Below are positions 59,347 to 64,000 of a stretch of DNA of 64,000 nt, piece after piece. The notes below the pieces were generated by a model. That model saw nothing but the letters and a program-made list of their open reading frames with translations. It made no database searches and was not told the DNA's origin. The stretch covers positions 83,665-147,664 of the forward strand of contig CAZULJ010000002.1 in assembly GCA_964621195.1 (NCBI GenBank), read 5' to 3'. The DNA comes from an uncultured Candidatus Saccharibacteria bacterium (lineage in GTDB: Bacteria; Patescibacteriota; Dojkabacteria; SC72). A program made the position numbers and the translations under genes. Position 1 is the first letter of the stretch. Every line of letters starts with the position of its first letter.

Positions 59347-59991
59347 ATGGATAGATTCGAAGCATTAAGAAAAGCTCAGGAGGGTACCCTTGAAAAAACT
59401 CCTTTCACACCTGAAGATCAGCTAGAAGCCGTTTCTAATGCAGAGAAAAATTCTAGAGTTATGACATGTGAGGAGAAAAGGGCAAAGATCCTGAATATGA
59501 TTCTTTTGATAATAGTTTCTGCTCTTATAGGGGTATTTGTATATCTGTTTTTTACAGATAGATTGTTAATAGGTGTTGAGAATCCTCTGTCGAAGGGGGA
59601 GGTTGTGGATATACAGGAGAAGGAAGAAGAGGAGGAGGTCCTCGCGCAGGATCAGGAAGAGTTCCGTTTGTTTAAGAATACAAGGGAGATCTTAGACTCT
59701 GAGGGCAATGTTGTTGGGAATCAAGAGCTAACAGTAAAGTTTTTTACTAACGGGGGGAGATTTGAAATGGATATTCAAAATGCATTAGGTAATGGTGTTG
59801 TAGTAGAGGGCACTTATGTAGAGGAGGCTGATAGGATACTGCTTTCATTTGCGAGTGGTAAATTTGGTCTTGAAACTGATGGCTCACTCGAGTTTAAGTC
59901 TGTATCTGAGGATGGAACTGTTTTAGAGTACTCTGGAAGTGACTTTGGGGATACTCTTCCTGATGAGGGAGATAGATATTTATTGTATTAA
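59347..59991 (+). CDS. hypothetical membrane-anchored protein
   Basis: 214 aa. One TM helix (ILNMILLIIVSALIGVFVYLFF), then an acidic stretch and a beta-rich C-terminus. No motif. Confidence 0.4.
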   Translation: MDRFEALRKAQEGTLEKTPFTPEDQLEAVSNAEKNSRVMTCEEKRAKILNMILLIIVSALIGVFVYLFFTDRLLIGVENPLSKGEVVDIQEKEEEEEVLAQDQEEFRLFKNTREILDSEGNVVGNQELTVKFFTNGGRFEMDIQNALGNGVVVEGTYVEEADRILLSFASGKFGLETDGSLEFKSVSEDGTVLEYSGSDFGDTLPDEGDRYLLY

Positions 59992-61103
59992 TCAATATAT
60001 ATTCTAGGAACCCTTTCGCTAATACCACACAGGAGGTCATAGATAGATCTGTCCGATTCATCGGATATTTTAAATAGGGAGATCTTTTCTCCCCAAAGTT
60101 CGACATCATCTCCTACGTATGCCTCTCCCTGTGGTGTAATATCTACCATGGTTTGGTCCATACAGACTCTTCCTGCTACTGGGTAGAAATTTTCATTTAA
60201 AAATACTTCTCCAGTATTGGATAGTGATCTTGGGTATCCATCGGCATATCCTACTGGAAGAGTTACAATACGTGTTCTTTCCTTTGTGGTGTATGTTCTG
60301 TCATATCCAATAGTTAGACCTTCTTCTAAGACCTTGAAGTAGGATACTTTTGTTTTGAATTTCATCACAGGTTTCAGTAATTTCTGTATATCAGGGTTGT
60401 ATGAGTATCCATACAGCATTAATCCCGGTCTTATCATATCAAAAAAGGCCTCCTCAATATTGTTAAAAACAGATCCTGAGTTACCTAAATGTACTAGATT
60501 AGGAAGAGTATATTTCTCTTCAATGTAACTTAATACACTCTTGAATCTTTTAATTTGTTCTTTTGTATATTCAATATCATCGGTAGAATTGGCAAAGTGA
60601 GAATATATCCCTACAATATTTAAATTCGGAAGAGAGTATGCCTTCTCTACGAATGTTTCTTTCCTATCCCATTGAACTCCTATTCTTCCCATTCCGGTGT
60701 CTATCTTAATGTGTACATTTGCTTTAATATTCATTTGAGTTGCGACCCTTGATATTTCTTCCAACTTTTCAATAGAGGAGCCGGGTATATCGATATCGTT
60801 CTATAGAAAGAGGGGTATCTGAGAATTATCTATTGCCCCTAATACCAAGATTGGAACCTTAATAGAGTTCTTTCTTAAAAAGAGTGCTTCCTCGATATAT
60901 GCCACTCCCAGGTAATCAATCTTAAGGGATTGTAACTTTGTTGCTACTTCTACAAGCCCATGTCCATATGCATTGGCCTTCACAACACCTAATATCTTTG
61001 TAGAACCAATAATATCTCTTACAACTTTAAGGTTGTTTTCCAAATTTGAGAGAGATATTTCGACTCTTGTTGGTCTGTTGTTAAATATTGGATCCTTAAA
61101 CAT
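59988..61103 (-). pseudogene. alr: alanine racemase interrupted by a single in-frame TAG (stop codon at 60801-60803)
   Basis: ORFs 60801..61103 (PLP-lysine motif GVVKANAYGHG) and 59988..60764 (KIDTGMGRIG, C-terminal domain) are in the same frame. Manual translation reads ...QIPLFL-TAG-NDIDIPGSSIEKLEEISRV... with no other disruption. Confidence 0.75.
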
Positions 61104-61107
61104 ATGA

Positions 61108-62103
61108 TTAGGCGTTTTCTATATAGAAGGTGATAAGGTGGGTATAGGATATCCCTATGGCTTGAGCTTCCTGGGGAATGAGTGAGGTTGAGGTCATGCC
61201 AGGGAGAGTGTTTGTTTCAAGATAGTAGATTCTTTCTCCTTGTATTAGAAAGTCTGATCTACTGTAAAGTCTACATCCAAGTATGTTATGTATTTGTGCA
61301 GATATGTTTGAGATTTGTTGTCTTTGCTCCTCTGTAATCCCTATCGCGGGTATTCTTTCTAACGAACCTCCTTTTGTATATTTTGCTTTGTAATCAAAAA
61401 ACTCGGAGCTTTGAGGAATAATCTCTATTGGTGGTAGTTGTAATATTGTATGATCTTTTTTCTCTAAGCATCCACAACTTACTTCAACTTTTTGATCTAT
61501 TAATTCTTGTATTAATATTTCATCTTTATCTTTATGATGTTTGTAAAATTCTTCTAAAAGAGTGTCAATATTTTCTAAGTTCTTAACTACGAAAGAGCAT
61601 ACACTCGATCCGTTTTTGTTTGGTTTTACAAAGACAGGGAGCGATATTTTTGATAAGGTATCTTTGAGATTTATTAATCGAACTAACTGTGTCTTAGGAG
61701 TTAGGATACCTGTTGTTGCATGCACAAGGATACTTGATCTGTATTTATCCATTGCTAATCGGCTCGCATATGAATCTGAACCTGTGAATACAATGCCATT
61801 TTCTTCGAGGTATGTTTATAAGACTCCGTCTTCTCCAAATTGTCCGTGGGTACCAAGTAGTACTGTGTCGTAGGATTTTAATTTTTCAAGTGTTTCTTCA
61901 AGTGAGTACTTTCCTTTTTGTAGTTTGGTGATATCTGTTTTCTGTTTTATTCTTTCAATATTGCTTCTCCTATCTTTTCCGATTATACAAATGCTTACTT
62001 CATATTTTGAGTAATCAATATTGTCAATTATTGATTGTGAAGAAGAAAGGGATGCTTCATATTCGCTTGAGGGGCCTCCACACACTACTATTACTTTTTT
62101 CAT
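61108..62103 (-). pseudogene. ddl: D-alanine--D-alanine ligase interrupted by a single in-frame TAA (stop codon at 61816-61818)
   Basis: ORFs 61816..62121 (N-domain ...LLGTHGQFGEDGVL) and 61108..61752 (ATP-grasp C-domain) are in the same frame: ...GEDGVL-TAA-TYLEENGIVFTGSDSYASRLAMDKY... The stop falls where Ddl homologs carry Gln (E. coli GEDGTLQG). Stop is 4 bp upstream of the alr start. Confidence 0.75.
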
Positions 62104-62215
62104 AGTATTTTGAGTATACAATTGTGTTAAATGAAGGGCAACAGGATATGACTTTACCTTGAAAACACGGGTTTCAAAAACACTTTCGTGTCTTCAAGGT
62201 ATTGTCGTTGTTAAT

Positions 62216-62981
62216 CTACCAATCTTTAGGGTCCCTCCACTCTGGTCTTGCCATAAGGCTGAATTCGCGACCGTTTTCGTCCGCCATAACCAGGGCACAT
62301 GGAGAGTTGGGGTTTCTTTCCCATGTCTGTGCTTCCAGACCGGAATTGTCGGCAATGAACTCAATCCATGCGCTCCGGGTCTGAAGTAGCTACATCCCAA
62401 TGCAATCCGGGGGTCCAATCGTTAGGCCAGAGCTGATGCTCTACCCAGTAGATCCCATTGGGGGATCGATTGGTCCGAACGGGGATGTAGTTCCTCTCGT
62501 GGTCTGGCGCTGGCTTTGGTTCTGCCCAGGTCTGGTACCGTTCTTCGTCGCGCTGAACCGCAAGGTTTCGAGCATCCCTATCAGGGTGGCGGAAGCCAAC
62601 GTGATGGAAGCGAACCTCATGGTCCATGCTCCAATAGCGAAGGAGAGCAAACATAAGATCGATCTGATCATTCTCCCATGCAGAGCATGAAACGATCAAA
62701 TGATCCTCGCGATAGCCTCCAGCCCAGGGGCGGCCCTCGTCAAGAGGGGTCTTGCTGATTCCTCGCTTGTTCCCTCCAGCAAGGAGAGAAAAAGCCTTCC
62801 AGGGTCCATACATTGCTGGTCCTGGGTTTGATCCGATGCCTCCCGCCCACTGCGCAGAAAATTCTGCTACGTCATAGCCTGTGTGATCGGCCTCGATAAA
62901 CGTGACGTAAGTGGGCGTTCCTGCTGACCCAAACATAAGGTCAGCAAGGTTATACGTACTGCGAAACTGATCGAGAATCAT
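62216..62981 (-). pseudogene. GC-rich (~55%) foreign gene of unknown function, frameshifted near its 3' end
   Basis: Strong SD GGAGGAAAAC before ATG at 62981. 206-aa frame ends ...HWDVATSDPERMD*, but another frame stays open from there (...RSAWIEFIADNSGLEAQTWERNPNSPCALVMADENGREFSLMARPEWRDPKDW*) to 62216. Base composition is sharply different from the rest of the window. Confidence 0.45.
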
Positions 62982-63080
62982 GTTTTCCTCCGAAAAAAGG
63001 TTTTGGTGTTTTACACCTACTGTTAACGAACAAAGAGGTTATACTATAAGACAAAAATAGAGGCAAGAAACCCTTTCCTG

Positions 63081-64000
63081 ATGGACCTTTCCACTCGCTA
63101 TGTAACCTTGGCATATGACGATGTATATGTTAATCTGGAAGATAGAATGAAAAATGCTCTCAAAATGAAATTTGATGCTTGTATAGACAGAAAAATAGTA
63201 CTAAAAAGAATATTAACAGTGGTATCTTTGTTTGTTATTTCAGCCCTATCTAGTAGCTTTGCCTTTTCCGCAGAGCTTTCGGTTCAAGGTGATTCTGAAT
63301 TAAGGTCAGGTACTCTATTTAATGCAAGAGAATCTGAAAATGGTACAGGAGTAAAGCTTGAATCCGATGGGACATGGGGAGCATTAACTTGGCAGACTCC
63401 TGATAAAACTTTGGGAGTTGGTTCTGCTTTTACATCTGATGGTGAGTACATTTATGTGGTTCGTGGGCTTGGAGATATATTACTCTGGAGATACTCATAT
63501 CAAACAGATAGCTGGGATACTCTTACCAAGATGCCATATGGTGCATATTACGGATCTGACCTACAGTACTTAAATGGATATCTGTACGTTCTTTTCGGTG
63601 GATATCAAAACTCTTTTGCTAGATATTCTATTGCGGATGATAGCTGGGAGATATTAACTGTTTATCCTGAATTGGTATTTCAGGGGGCGAGCATGGCTAC
63701 GAATGGTACTGATATTTTTGTTATTACTTCAAACAATACTCAAAGTTTCTATAGATACTCTGTAGCAAATGATTCTTGGATTTCTCTTACAGGTGCGCCT
63801 GGCACATTAAGAACAGGCTCTGATTTGGAGCATGTAGGTGGGTATATATATACTCCCAGAGGGAACAATACGAATACTTTCTACCGATATGAGATATCTA
63901 CAAATACATGGGCTACGATGGCAAATATGCCTGGTACTATGAATGATGATGTAGATATTACTAGTGCAAATGGATACATATATGTTGCAAGGCAGAACAA
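63081..64000 (+). CDS. Kelch-repeat beta-propeller protein with N-terminal signal peptide (3' end beyond window)
   Basis: Open frame to window end. Hydrophobic signal (ILTVVSLFVISALSSSFAFSAE; alternative start ATG 63147). At least four repeats of the GxYIYVxxG...YRYxxxxDxW Kelch-like pattern. Confidence 0.55.
   Translation, partial: MDLSTRYVTLAYDDVYVNLEDRMKNALKMKFDACIDRKIVLKRILTVVSLFVISALSSSFAFSAELSVQGDSELRSGTLFNARESENGTGVKLESDGTWGALTWQTPDKTLGVGSAFTSDGEYIYVVRGLGDILLWRYSYQTDSWDTLTKMPYGAYYGSDLQYLNGYLYVLFGGYQNSFARYSIADDSWEILTVYPELVFQGASMATNGTDIFVITSNNTQSFYRYSVANDSWISLTGAPGTLRTGSDLEHVGGYIYTPRGNNTNTFYRYEISTNTWATMANMPGTMNDDVDITSANGYIYVARQN

Noticed and set aside
62158-62198. 41-bp near-palindrome as an intrinsic terminator
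   Set aside because: Strong 12-bp stem (one G-U) but a 16-nt loop and no downstream U-tract on either strand. More likely a recombination/insertion boundary or protein-binding site, so it is described under the GC-rich segment finding rather than called as a terminator.
62150-63000. GC-rich segment as a fragment of an rRNA gene
   Set aside because: No universal 16S/23S motifs (e.g. GTGCCAGCAGCCGCGGTAA, AAACTCAAAGGAATTGACGG). It contains a long ORF with a strong Shine-Dalgarno and protein-like translation.
1-64000. Opposite-strand or overlapping short ORFs in the track (e.g. 679..1038-, 1605..1835+, 2050..2307+, 12103..12608+, 15007..15711+, 19135..19413-, 29341..30249+, 36213..36431-, 48462..48745+, 51495..53771 both strands, 62194..62690 both strands)
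   Set aside because: Each is embedded in a longer, motif-supported gene on the other strand or frame, and has low-complexity or stop-avoiding composition typical of shadow ORFs.
1-64000. CRISPR arrays, transposases, integrases, rRNA genes
   Set aside because: No regularly spaced short direct repeats. No DDE/serine/tyrosine recombinase motifs in any frame I read. Apart from the foreign ORF, the only GC-rich islands are the tRNA and the 21.1-kb element.

Overview
This is an AT-rich (~one-third GC by eye) bacterial chromosomal segment with densely packed, often overlapping genes. I infer a small-genome uncultivated lineage, possibly Patescibacteria/CPR-like, but cannot confirm that from sequence alone.

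Most of the window is a very large cell-envelope glycan biosynthesis region:
- the complete dTDP-L-rhamnose pathway (rmlB, rmlA-like, rmlC, rmlD);
- at least 13 glycosyltransferases: single- and double-domain GT2, several GT4, a GT1, a GT11 alpha-1,2-fucosyltransferase and a GT28 glycolipid synthase;
- two SAM-dependent methyltransferases;
- a Wzm/Wzt-type ABC-2 exporter and a Wzx-like flippase;
- a polyprenyl-phosphate sugar-1-phosphate transferase;
- a DUF2304+GT2 pair and a DUF2142-like membrane protein.

Interspersed housekeeping genes are secA, recO, trpS, ndk, a family-4 uracil-DNA glycosylase, an Elp3-like radical-SAM/GNAT enzyme, an HI0933-like flavoprotein, a DsbA-like oxidoreductase, an M23 peptidase, a vapBC-like toxin-antitoxin pair and an orphan sensor histidine kinase.

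Two secreted surface proteins share a distinctive roughly 300-aa C-terminal membrane-anchor module: a 691-aa protein, and a 2286-aa protein with seven near-identical 117-aa tandem repeats and a Cys-rich N-terminus. A tRNA-Lys(CUU) is followed by a small tRNA-flanked insertion plus two orphan genes of elevated GC. A GC-rich, hairpin-dense probable structured RNA with its own sigma70-like promoter lies between rmlD and a GT4 gene.

The last ~8 kb carries a cluster of gene-disrupting lesions: a frameshifted DEAD-box helicase, in-frame stops in both ddl and alr, and a frameshifted GC-rich (~55%) foreign gene. Nothing comparable occurs in the first 55 kb.

No CRISPR array, rRNA, transposase or integrase was found.
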